Shown piece by piece: positions 1 through 6,552 of a DNA stretch of 11,903 nt (the first letter of the stretch is position 1; each line of letters begins with the position of its first letter). The notes under the pieces were generated by a model that saw nothing but the letters and a program-made list of their open reading frames with translations, had not been told where the DNA came from and did not search any database. The stretch lies in contig JBGQHJ010000149.1 of NCBI GenBank assembly GCA_041497895.1, positions 1 to 11,903 of the forward strand. The letters run 5' to 3'. Origin of the DNA: Candidatus Methylomirabilia bacterium. Lineage in GTDB: Bacteria; Methylomirabilota; Methylomirabilia; Rokubacteriales; CSP1-6. The translations under genes and the position numbers were made by a program.

Positions 1-120
1 AAGCTCGCGCGCGCCCGGCTCGTGCACCCGCCACCACAGCTGCTTCGCGCACTGCAGCCCCGCCATGACCCGCGACTTGGAAAGGCCGGGCGGCGGCGCG
101 GCCCCTACGGGAGGCGCCAC
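1..120 (-). CDS. DUF2779-domain (RecB/Cas4-like PD-(D/E)xK nuclease-related) protein, N-terminal fragment; continues past the left window edge
   Basis: My translation of the - strand from GTG at 120 gives MAPPVGAAPPPGLSKSRVMAGLQCAKQLWWRVHEPGAREL. LSKSRxxAGLQCxKxLW..HxP is the N-terminus I recall for DUF2779-containing proteins. An in-frame TGA at 138-136 limits upstream extension. Not in the ORF track because it lacks a stop. Confidence 0.75.
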   Translation of the reverse strand, partial: MAPPVGAAPPPGLSKSRVMAGLQCAKQLWWRVHEPGAREL

Positions 121-121
121 G

Positions 122-227
122 CTAGCCGGGGCTATTCATGAACGGGCAACGCGTGAGGCGGACGGGTCCTGTCGCTGCGCCATCCGTCCGGTCTCGGTCG
201 AGCCCGTTCATGAATGGCTCGGGCTAG
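122..227. repeat. CTAG-bounded palindromic repeat (MITE/REP-like), copy 1
   Basis: 26-bp terminal inverted repeat, ctagccggggctattcatgaacgggc (122-147) vs gcccgttcatgaatggctcgggctag (202-227), with 3 mismatches of which 2 are G-U compatible. Inner stem cggacgg (159-165)/ccgtccg (184-190). Shares 31-bp and 21-bp identical blocks with copy 2. Confidence 0.9.
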
Positions 228-685
228 AGGGGGATGGCGAGCAGTGTGTCCACTCGGCTGCTATCGCACACCACCACCCGCTCGCGGAAGCGCAGGGCGC
301 CGTCGGCGTCCACCATGGTGTCGATGTAGCGTCCGGTGGCGAAGAGATCCATGGTCCCGTCGCGCATCACGCGGACTACCAGGAACGGGGTCTCGGCGTG
401 CACCGCGCCATTCGCCCCGGGGCGGATGGCGGGGAGGCCGACCAGGTGCCGGTAGGCCTGGCGCTCGTAGATGTTGGCCTCGCGCAGGGCGGCCACCCGG
501 TCCTCCAGCATGCCGCGCGAGTCGGCGTAGATCAGGCCCGCCTCGAGGCCGCGGCGATGGTTGTCCGCCGAGGTGATCTTGTACAGGCACGGGTCGGTGA
601 AGAACGCGGGCCACTGCTCGAGCCGGTCGTCGTCGATGGCCCGCGCGTACTCCGCGTTGAGCTGCGCGACGCGCTCGCCCAGCAC
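224..685 (-). CDS. tphA3: Aromatic ring-hydroxylating dioxygenase small (beta) subunit, terephthalate 1,2-dioxygenase TphA3-like, 153 aa
   Basis: NAEYARAIDDDRLEQWP, MLEDRVAALREANIYE..YRH and VCDS..DTLLAIPL match the TphA3/AndAd/NagH beta family. Likely start is GTG at 685, 1 nt after the alpha-subunit TGA (689-687), rather than 823. The symbol reflects recalled similarity, not proven function. Confidence 0.88.
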   Translation of the reverse strand: MLGERVAQLNAEYARAIDDDRLEQWPAFFTDPCLYKITSADNHRRGLEAGLIYADSRGMLEDRVAALREANIYERQAYRHLVGLPAIRPGANGAVHAETPFLVVRVMRDGTMDLFATGRYIDTMVDADGALRFRERVVVCDSSRVDTLLAIPL

Positions 686-686
686 G

Positions 687-1928
687 TCACTCGCCCATGC
701 AGCGGCGATACGCCTTCCAGAACCCACGTACCGAGGCCTCGGTGGCGCGCGTCTCCTGCGACTCCGCGCCCTCGCCGCCCATGTTGACCACCGACACCTC
801 GTCTCCCGCCGCGGCCACGCCACGCTGGACGAACCCTCCGACGCAGCCGTCCTCCATGGAGACGTAGCCCGCGGGGCCGACCAGGTTGGCCTGCTTGAGG
901 CGCCGCCGCCGCATGTCCTCGGTGTCGTCCGCGAACCCGAAGTAGGTCCAGTGCAGCTCCATGCCCCCCGGGCCCTTCGGCACCACCTGCCGCACCGCCA
1001 GGCAGTTGTTGATCTGCTGGAGCACGAAGCCGGGGAACACGGTGAGGATCTGGAGCTGGATGCCGTCGCCCCACTCGTCCACCGCGTCGAGCAGGCTCGG
1101 GTCGGCCAGGCGGTAGCGCTCCTTCTCGGAGCGGATGCCCTGCTCCCGGTACGCGGTGCTGGTGCGGTCGTCGGGCCGGTCGATGGTGTAGCTCGCGTGG
1201 TGGCCGCCGTCCGGGCTCACCAGGATTCCACCGCCCTGGGTCAGGCGTGTGATCCGGAACGTCCCGAAGAAGGCGTGGAGCAGGCTCGCGTGGTAGGTGT
1301 CCTTCACGTTCTCCACGTAGAGCTTCCAGTTGTTGGGCAGGGCCTGGGTGAACCGGCCCATGACCCGCACCGGCCCGCGCAGCACGCGCCGGATGCGCCC
1401 GAGCACCTCCGCCCCGAGGTACTCCTCGATCGGCGGCGTCCCGGGCGAGAGGCTCGCGAACACGAGGCCGTGGAGCGTGGTGGTCCGCAGCTTGCGCGGC
1501 CCGTGGTCCGCCTTGCAGAAGGACTCCGGCATGCCGCCGCGGCCGTTGCTGCCCTTCTCGAAGGCGACGCCGACCAGGTTGCCCCGGAGGTCGTAGGTCC
1601 AGGCGTGGTAGACGCACTGAAAGTGGCTGCCCGCCGAGCCGCCGTCGTCCAGCGCGATCAGCGCCCCCCGGTGGGCGCAGCGGTTCTCGAAGGCGTGGAT
1701 CTCACCCGCCGCGCCGCGCGCCACGATGATCGGCATCTCGCCGAGGAACGTCGTGCGGTAGTCCCCCGGGCGCTCGATGTCGGACTCGAGGCACACGTAG
1801 CTCCAGGTGGGGCCCTCGAAGATGCGGCGCAGCTCGGCCCGGTAGTTGTCCTCGTCCTGGTAGACCCAGTACGGCACGCGCGCGAGCGACGCACCCGGCC
1901 ATTCGTGACGCGGACCCGGGGTCGGCAT
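687..1928 (-). CDS. tphA2: Rieske non-heme iron oxygenase large (alpha) subunit, terephthalate 1,2-dioxygenase TphA2-like, 413 aa
   Basis: Rieske motif C84-x-H86...C105-x-x-H108 and mononuclear Fe ligands H213, H218 and D360. Long stretches ([58 protein letters not shown]) match my recollection of Comamonas TphA2 better than AndAc/NagG. GGAG RBS at 1936-1933. Confidence 0.9.
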   Translation of the reverse strand: MPTPGPRHEWPGASLARVPYWVYQDEDNYRAELRRIFEGPTWSYVCLESDIERPGDYRTTFLGEMPIIVARGAAGEIHAFENRCAHRGALIALDDGGSAGSHFQCVYHAWTYDLRGNLVGVAFEKGSNGRGGMPESFCKADHGPRKLRTTTLHGLVFASLSPGTPPIEEYLGAEVLGRIRRVLRGPVRVMGRFTQALPNNWKLYVENVKDTYHASLLHAFFGTFRITRLTQGGGILVSPDGGHHASYTIDRPDDRTSTAYREQGIRSEKERYRLADPSLLDAVDEWGDGIQLQILTVFPGFVLQQINNCLAVRQVVPKGPGGMELHWTYFGFADDTEDMRRRRLKQANLVGPAGYVSMEDGCVGGFVQRGVAAAGDEVSVVNMGGEGAESQETRATEASVRGFWKAYRRCMGE

Positions 1929-1941
1929 GGCGCTCCGCCCG

Positions 1942-2964
1942 CTACGCGAAGGCGGGCAGCACCTCGCGGGCGAAGAGCTCCATCGAGCGTAGCACCCGGG
2001 CCTGCTCGAGGTCGCCGAACCAGAAGCTGCAGTTGAAGTGGGTGATGCCCACGTCGCGCTGCAGGCGCTGGATCTGGCGGACGCAGGTCTCGGGGGTGCC
2101 GATGACCAGGAAGCGGTCGAGCAGGTCGTCGACGTCGGGCTCCTTGGGGGCGGGCACCGCGATGGCCCGGCCGTTCTCCACCCGCTCGTAGTGGTTGCGG
2201 AGGCTCAGGGTCACGCGCATGTTCCAGCGGGCCTCCTCCGCGGCGGCGCGCGCGTCCGCCTCGCTCGTGGTCACGTAGACCGCGCGCTGCACGCCCACCG
2301 CGAGCGGCGTCGGAGGCTTGACCTCGGCCACCACCCGGTCGAAGAGCCGGCGGAACTCGGCCATGCGCTCGACCGGGACCCCGAAGCCGCCGGTGAGCAC
2401 GTTGAAGCCGCGGCGCACCGCGCCCTCGACCGAGTCCGGGCTCTGGGCGGTGATCCAGATCGGGGGCCGCGCCTGCTCCATCTGCGGGAAGATCGTGGTC
2501 TCCGGGATCTTGTAGATCTTGCCCTCGTAGCTGAACGGTCCGCCCGCGAGCGCCTTCAGGATGACGTCGACCGACTCTTCCCACCGTGCCCGCCCGCTCT
2601 CCAGCTCGAGGCCGAAGCGCTCGAACTCGTAGTGCTGGTACCCGCGGCCGAGCCCGATGTCGAGCCGGTCCCCGGCGAGGATCGCGAGGGTCGCGATCTC
2701 CTCCGCCACCACCAGCGGGTGGTGGAGCGGCACCACGATGACCGCGGTGCCCACCCGGATGCGGGTGGTGCGGGCCGCGATGTAGGTGGCGAGCTGGACC
2801 GGGCGGGAGAGGTAGCCGTAGGTCGAGAAGTGGTGCTCGGCCAGCCAGATGTTGTTGAACCCGAGGCTCTCGGCGGACTGGGCCATCTCGACCGCCCGCG
2901 CGTAGATCTCCCGGGACGGCCGGGCCGACGGCGACTGCATCAGGAGGAAGGTCCCGAAGTTCAT
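1942..2964 (-). CDS. LLM-class (luciferase-like) flavin-dependent oxidoreductase, 340 aa
   Basis: MNFGTF start, [38 protein letters not shown] and the C-terminal [13 protein letters not shown] are typical of LuxA-like proteins. The start is the ATG at 2964; the ORF-track extension to 3228 overlaps the upstream gene. Confidence 0.92.
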   Translation of the reverse strand: MNFGTFLLMQSPSARPSREIYARAVEMAQSAESLGFNNIWLAEHHFSTYGYLSRPVQLATYIAARTTRIRVGTAVIVVPLHHPLVVAEEIATLAILAGDRLDIGLGRGYQHYEFERFGLELESGRARWEESVDVILKALAGGPFSYEGKIYKIPETTIFPQMEQARPPIWITAQSPDSVEGAVRRGFNVLTGGFGVPVERMAEFRRLFDRVVAEVKPPTPLAVGVQRAVYVTTSEADARAAAEEARWNMRVTLSLRNHYERVENGRAIAVPAPKEPDVDDLLDRFLVIGTPETCVRQIQRLQRDVGITHFNCSFWFGDLEQARVLRSMELFAREVLPAFA

Positions 2965-2999
2965 GGCGGGATATTGCGCTGGCCCGCGACCGGGGTCAA
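2965..2999 (-). promoter_or_regulatory. Putative sigma70-type leaderless promoter for the LLM-oxygenase unit
   Basis: - strand TTGACC (2999-2994)-N17-CAATAT (2976-2971)-N6-ATG (2964). No Shine-Dalgarno before the ATG. Confidence 0.55.
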
Positions 3000-4000
3000 G
3001 CCGGGCCCAGGGCCAGGAACTCCCGCGCGTTGTCGACCAGGAGCCGCTGCCGCGTGGCCGCGTCCAGGGTGACGCCGCCGAGCGCCGCGATCGGGTCGTC
3101 CACCCCCATCTTGAACGGGTAGTCGCTGCCCAGCACGATGCGCTCGGGCCCGAACGTCTCGAGCGCGAAGGCGAGCACGCGGGGCGAGAGGGTGAGCGAG
3201 TCCACCCAGACGCGGCGGGCGTACGCACTCGGCGGCTCGGAGATGGCGGCGTGCGCGTCGGCGATCGCGGTCCAGCCCTGATCGAGGCGCGGCAGGATGT
3301 AGGCGAAGGCGCCCCCGCCGTGGGCGAAGCACCAGCGCAGCGTCGGCCACCGGTCGAGCACGCGGCCGAAGATCACCCGGGTCATCGCGAGCGCAGTCTC
3401 GAGCGGGAAGCCGGCGACCTGGGTGAGGTTGTCCTTGCGGAAGCGCGGGTCGCCGAGGATCGGCGCCTGCGGGTGAACGAAGACGGCCACGCCGAGGGCC
3501 GCCGCTGCGTCCCACACCGGGGCGAGGGCCGCGTCGTCCAGGTCGAGCCCGGCCACGTTGGCGCCGATCTCCACCGCCGGGAAGCGGAGCACCGACACCA
3601 CGCGCTCCAGCTCCTTCACCGCGAGGTCGGGCGCCTGCAACGGCAGCCCGCCCGCACCGAGCAGCCGCGCCGGGTTCCGGCTCACCAGCTCCGCGATCGC
3701 GTCGTTCTGCATGCGGCACCACTCGGCCGCGGCCGGCCCCGGCGCCCAGTAGCAGAAGGTGGGCGGGGCCGGGGAGAGGAGCTGCCGACCGACGCCGGTG
3801 CGGTCCATGTCCTCGATGCGCCGGGCCGGGTCGAACGCGTGCGGCGTGAGGCTCCGGTTGAGCGTGCCGCCGAGGTAGAGCCGGCAGCCGGAGGCCGGAT
3901 CGCCCTCGAGGCGCGGCCAGCGGTCGCCGCCGTAGCGGGCCGCGAAGTCGGGCCAGCCGCTCGCGAAGATGTGCGTGTGGACGTCGATCGATGGCGTCAT
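2996..4000 (-). CDS. Amidohydrolase_2 family metal-dependent decarboxylase, ACMSD-like, 334 aa
   Basis: IDVHTH (HxH), VFVHP, FAHGGG, WVDSL and LGSDYPF metal/catalytic motifs. Arginines in LNRSL and LPRLDQGW lie where ACMSD binds substrate. ATG at 4000 with GGAG at 4009-4006. Confidence 0.88.
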   Translation of the reverse strand: MTPSIDVHTHIFASGWPDFAARYGGDRWPRLEGDPASGCRLYLGGTLNRSLTPHAFDPARRIEDMDRTGVGRQLLSPAPPTFCYWAPGPAAAEWCRMQNDAIAELVSRNPARLLGAGGLPLQAPDLAVKELERVVSVLRFPAVEIGANVAGLDLDDAALAPVWDAAAALGVAVFVHPQAPILGDPRFRKDNLTQVAGFPLETALAMTRVIFGRVLDRWPTLRWCFAHGGGAFAYILPRLDQGWTAIADAHAAISEPPSAYARRVWVDSLTLSPRVLAFALETFGPERIVLGSDYPFKMGVDDPIAALGGVTLDAATRQRLLVDNAREFLALGPA

Positions 4001-4019
4001 GGGCCCTCCATGGCCCCCC

Positions 4020-4029
4020 AATGTATACT
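4020..4029. promoter_or_regulatory. Overlapping divergent -10-like elements in a 40-bp intergenic gap
   Basis: The only AT-rich patch, aatgtatact, reads TATACT on + (4024-4029) and TACATT on - (4025-4020). No clear -35 on either strand. Confidence 0.4.
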
Positions 4030-4040
4030 CCGCGGTGCCC

Positions 4041-5363
4041 ATGGGCCCAGCCCTCCTCCGCGCGATGGCCATCGCCCTCCTGCTGTGGCCGGCCCTGGCC
4101 TACGCCCAGGGCGCGCGGCCGACCGGGCTCCGGTTCATGGACGACGTCGCGTATCAGTCCATCCCGCTCGCGGCCCCGCCGCTGCTCGGCCAGGTGCCGA
4201 GGACGGTGGATCTCTCGAGCCGCTTCCCGGATCCGGGCGACCAGGGCAAGCAGAACTCCTGCGTGGGCTGGGCGGTGGCCTACGCGCTCAAGTCCTACCA
4301 GGAAGGGCTCGAGCGGTCGTGGGGCACCGGCCCCACCCAGCATCGGTTCAGCCCCGCGTTCATCTACAACCAGCTCAACAAGGCGCCGGACTGCCAGGGC
4401 GGCACCACCTTCGTCGAGGCGCTCAACCTGCTGCGCCGTGACGGCGTGGCGACGCTCGCCGACTTTCCCTACCGCGACGACGACTGCGCGCGCCAGCCCG
4501 ACCCGGCGGTGCGGATGGCGGCGCGGCCGTTCGCGATCGCGGACTGGCGGCGGGTGAACGTGCAGGACCCGACGGAGGTCAAGACCCACCTGGCCTCGGG
4601 CTTCCCGGTGCTGATCGGCATGATGGTCGACACCGCCTTCATGCGGCTGCGGGGCGACGTGGCGTACGCGCAGGCCTCCGGCAAGACCGAAGGGGGGCAC
4701 GCCATGATCCTCGTCGGCTACGACGACGACCGGGGCGCCTTCAAGGTCATGAACTCCTGGGGCAAGCAGTGGGGCGACGGGGGCTTCGGCTGGATCAGCT
4801 ACGGCGTGTTCAGCCAGACGGTTCGCGAGGCGTACGTGGCGCAGGACGTGGTGACGGTGGCTCCACCGCCCGTCGAGCCCGCGCCTACCCCGAGGCCGGT
4901 CCCGGCCCCGGGTCCGACCCCGGTCAAGCCCGCGCCGCTGCCGGCGCCCATCGCGCAGCTCGGGCGCCCGACCTACGTGCACGACGTCACGGTGCCTTCT
5001 CCTCGCGGGCCGGTGCCCGGCATGGAGATCTACGTGCCGGGCGAGATCCTGAACGCGCAGGGCCAGGTCGTGCACGTCGAGGTGAAGTTCAACTTCGCCA
5101 ACGGGCCGCCGCTCTACGCGAACGCGAAGGAGAGCGTCTACCGCGACTTCACCGGTCTCGTGGCCACCGGCACCGGCGCGCGCATGGTGGGCACCGCCCG
5201 GGAGGCGCTCGGGGCGCAGGCGATCGTCATCCCGTACTACGCGCTGAACTTCCAGCCGACCGGCTATCAGCGCCACTACGATCTGACCTTCATCGCGCTG
5301 GTCTACCTGGGGAACCGGATGCTGGTGCAGTCGGTCCCGATCGACTTCGGGTTCCGGTGGTGA
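4041..5363 (+). CDS. Secreted papain-like cysteine peptidase (C1A family) with Pro-rich linker and unassigned C-terminal domain, ~440 aa
   Basis: Signal peptide ending AYA-Q, VDLS, DQGKQNSCVGWA (oxyanion Gln and catalytic Cys), GGHAMILVGY (His) and NSWGKQWGDGGFG (Asn). Start could be GTG 4035, ATG 4041 or ATG 4065. Confidence 0.9.
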   Translation: MGPALLRAMAIALLLWPALAYAQGARPTGLRFMDDVAYQSIPLAAPPLLGQVPRTVDLSSRFPDPGDQGKQNSCVGWAVAYALKSYQEGLERSWGTGPTQHRFSPAFIYNQLNKAPDCQGGTTFVEALNLLRRDGVATLADFPYRDDDCARQPDPAVRMAARPFAIADWRRVNVQDPTEVKTHLASGFPVLIGMMVDTAFMRLRGDVAYAQASGKTEGGHAMILVGYDDDRGAFKVMNSWGKQWGDGGFGWISYGVFSQTVREAYVAQDVVTVAPPPVEPAPTPRPVPAPGPTPVKPAPLPAPIAQLGRPTYVHDVTVPSPRGPVPGMEIYVPGEILNAQGQVVHVEVKFNFANGPPLYANAKESVYRDFTGLVATGTGARMVGTAREALGAQAIVIPYYALNFQPTGYQRHYDLTFIALVYLGNRMLVQSVPIDFGFRW

Positions 5364-5374
5364 CCGGCGCCGCC

Positions 5375-5403
5375 TTGACTATGCCCCGCGGAGGGGGCAG
5401 CAT
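5375..5403 (+). promoter_or_regulatory. Putative sigma70-type promoter for the E1-alpha gene
   Basis: TTGACT (5375-5380)-N17-CAGCAT (5398-5403), followed by RBS AAGGGAG (5432-5438) and GTG at 5446. Confidence 0.5.
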
Positions 5404-5445
5404 CGTGCCGGGCGAAGACGACCGCTGCCCCAAGGGAGACCTCCG

Positions 5446-6429
5446 GTGACGACCCAGACGACCGAGCCGCGGATGGAGCTGGAGCAGCACCTGCACATGT
5501 ACCGGCAGATGGCCAAGATCCGCGCCTTCGAGGAGCAGGTGAACGAGCTCTACAAGGGCGCCAAGATGCCGGGCCTCGCGCACCTCTACGTGGGCGAGGA
5601 GGCGGTGGCGGTCGGCGTCTGCGAGGCGCTCAAGCGCGACGACTTCATCACCAGCACGCACCGCGGCCACGGGCACTGCCTGGCCAAGGGCGCCTCGGTC
5701 AGCCGCATGTTCGCGGAGCTGCTCGGCAAGGAGGCCGGCTACTGCCGCGGCAAGGGCGGCTCCATGCACATCGCGGACCCGGAGACCGGCAACCTGGGCG
5801 CCAATGCCATCGTGGGCGGCTCGGCGGGCATCGCCACCGGCGCCGCGCTCTCGGCCAAGATGCGCAAGAGCGGCCAGGTCGCGGTGTGCTTCTTCGGCGA
5901 CGGCGCGCTCGGGCAGGGACTGCTCTACGAGGCCATGAACATGGCCTCGCTCTGGAAGCTGCCCGTCATCTACGTCTGCGAGAACAACCTCTACGGCGAG
6001 TACACCCCCGGCAGCGAGACGGTGGCGGGCGAGATCCTCTCGCGCCCCCGCGCGATGGGGATCCATGCCGAGAGCGTGGACGGCCAGGACGTGCAGGCGG
6101 TGCATGCCGCGATGAAGCGGCTGGTGGAGCGGGCGCGCCGCGGCGAGGGCCCCGCGTTCCTCGAGTGCAAGACCTACCGTTACTACGGCCACCACGTGGG
6201 CGACGTCAACCGCGAGTACCGCACGCGGGACGAGGAGCGGGACTGGATGACCAACCGCGACCCGCTGCTGACCCTGTCGGGCCGCCTCCTGCAGCAGCAC
6301 CTCGCCGAGCAGTCGGTCTTCGACCGCATCCAGGCCGACGTGAAGGGCGAGATCGAGAAGGGGGTGCAGTTCGCTCTCGACGCGCCGTTCCCGAAGGCGG
6401 ACCAGGTCGGCGAGGACGTCTACGCCTGA
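5446..6429 (+). CDS. Thiamine-pyrophosphate-dependent dehydrogenase E1 component alpha subunit (AcoA/PdhA family), 327 aa
   Basis: HLYVGEEAVAVG, STHRGHGH, GKGGSMH, the TPP motif GDGA...ENN and YRYYGH. Good RBS. Substrate (acetoin, pyruvate or other) not assignable. Confidence 0.93.
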   Translation: MTTQTTEPRMELEQHLHMYRQMAKIRAFEEQVNELYKGAKMPGLAHLYVGEEAVAVGVCEALKRDDFITSTHRGHGHCLAKGASVSRMFAELLGKEAGYCRGKGGSMHIADPETGNLGANAIVGGSAGIATGAALSAKMRKSGQVAVCFFGDGALGQGLLYEAMNMASLWKLPVIYVCENNLYGEYTPGSETVAGEILSRPRAMGIHAESVDGQDVQAVHAAMKRLVERARRGEGPAFLECKTYRYYGHHVGDVNREYRTRDEERDWMTNRDPLLTLSGRLLQQHLAEQSVFDRIQADVKGEIEKGVQFALDAPFPKADQVGEDVYA

Positions 6430-6437
6430 CGCCCGAC

Positions 6438-6545
6438 CTCGCCTGCGCTAGTCACGCGCGGCAACGCGTGAGGCGGACGGGTCCTGTCGCCGCGGGCGGC
6501 TCCCGTCCGGTCTCGGTCGAGCCGCTCATGAATAGCGGCGCCTAG
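6438..6545. repeat. CTAG-bounded palindromic repeat, copy 2 (left arm degenerate), same orientation as copy 1
   Basis: 6460-6490 is identical to 145-175 and 6503-6523 is identical to 184-204. Arms gctagtcacgcgcggc (6447-6462)/gccgctcatgaatagc (6521-6536) pair 13/16. Ends in CTAG at 6542-6545; the left end aligns to ctcg at 6438. Confidence 0.88.
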
Positions 6546-6552
6546 ATCGTCC

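Noticed and set aside
65..2036. Long + strand ORFs 65..787 and 561..2036, plus shifted-frame ORFs such as 532..1617
   Set aside because: Antisense or frame shadows of the dioxygenase genes, expected at high GC, with no recognisable motifs.
3998..4048. 9-bp direct repeat catgggccc at both divergent start codons
   Set aside because: Short, GC-rich and partly forced by the ATG/CAT codons, so not distinguishable from chance.
4855..4950. Quasi-repetitive ccg/ccc-rich DNA
   Set aside because: It simply encodes the peptidase Pro-rich linker.
2961..5276. 771-aa - strand ORF, and the 492-aa + strand ORF 2963..4441
   Set aside because: They overlap the well-supported peptidase and amidohydrolase genes and have low-complexity Arg/Gly/Ala-rich translations.
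145..6523. The repeats as a CRISPR array or integron attC sites
   Set aside because: Only two copies 6.3 kb apart, no spacer periodicity, no cas or integrase genes, and no RYYYAAC/GTTRRRY attC ends.
6447..6536. Rho-independent terminator between the convergent genes
   Set aside because: A hairpin is present but has no U-tract on either strand. It is explained by the repeat element.
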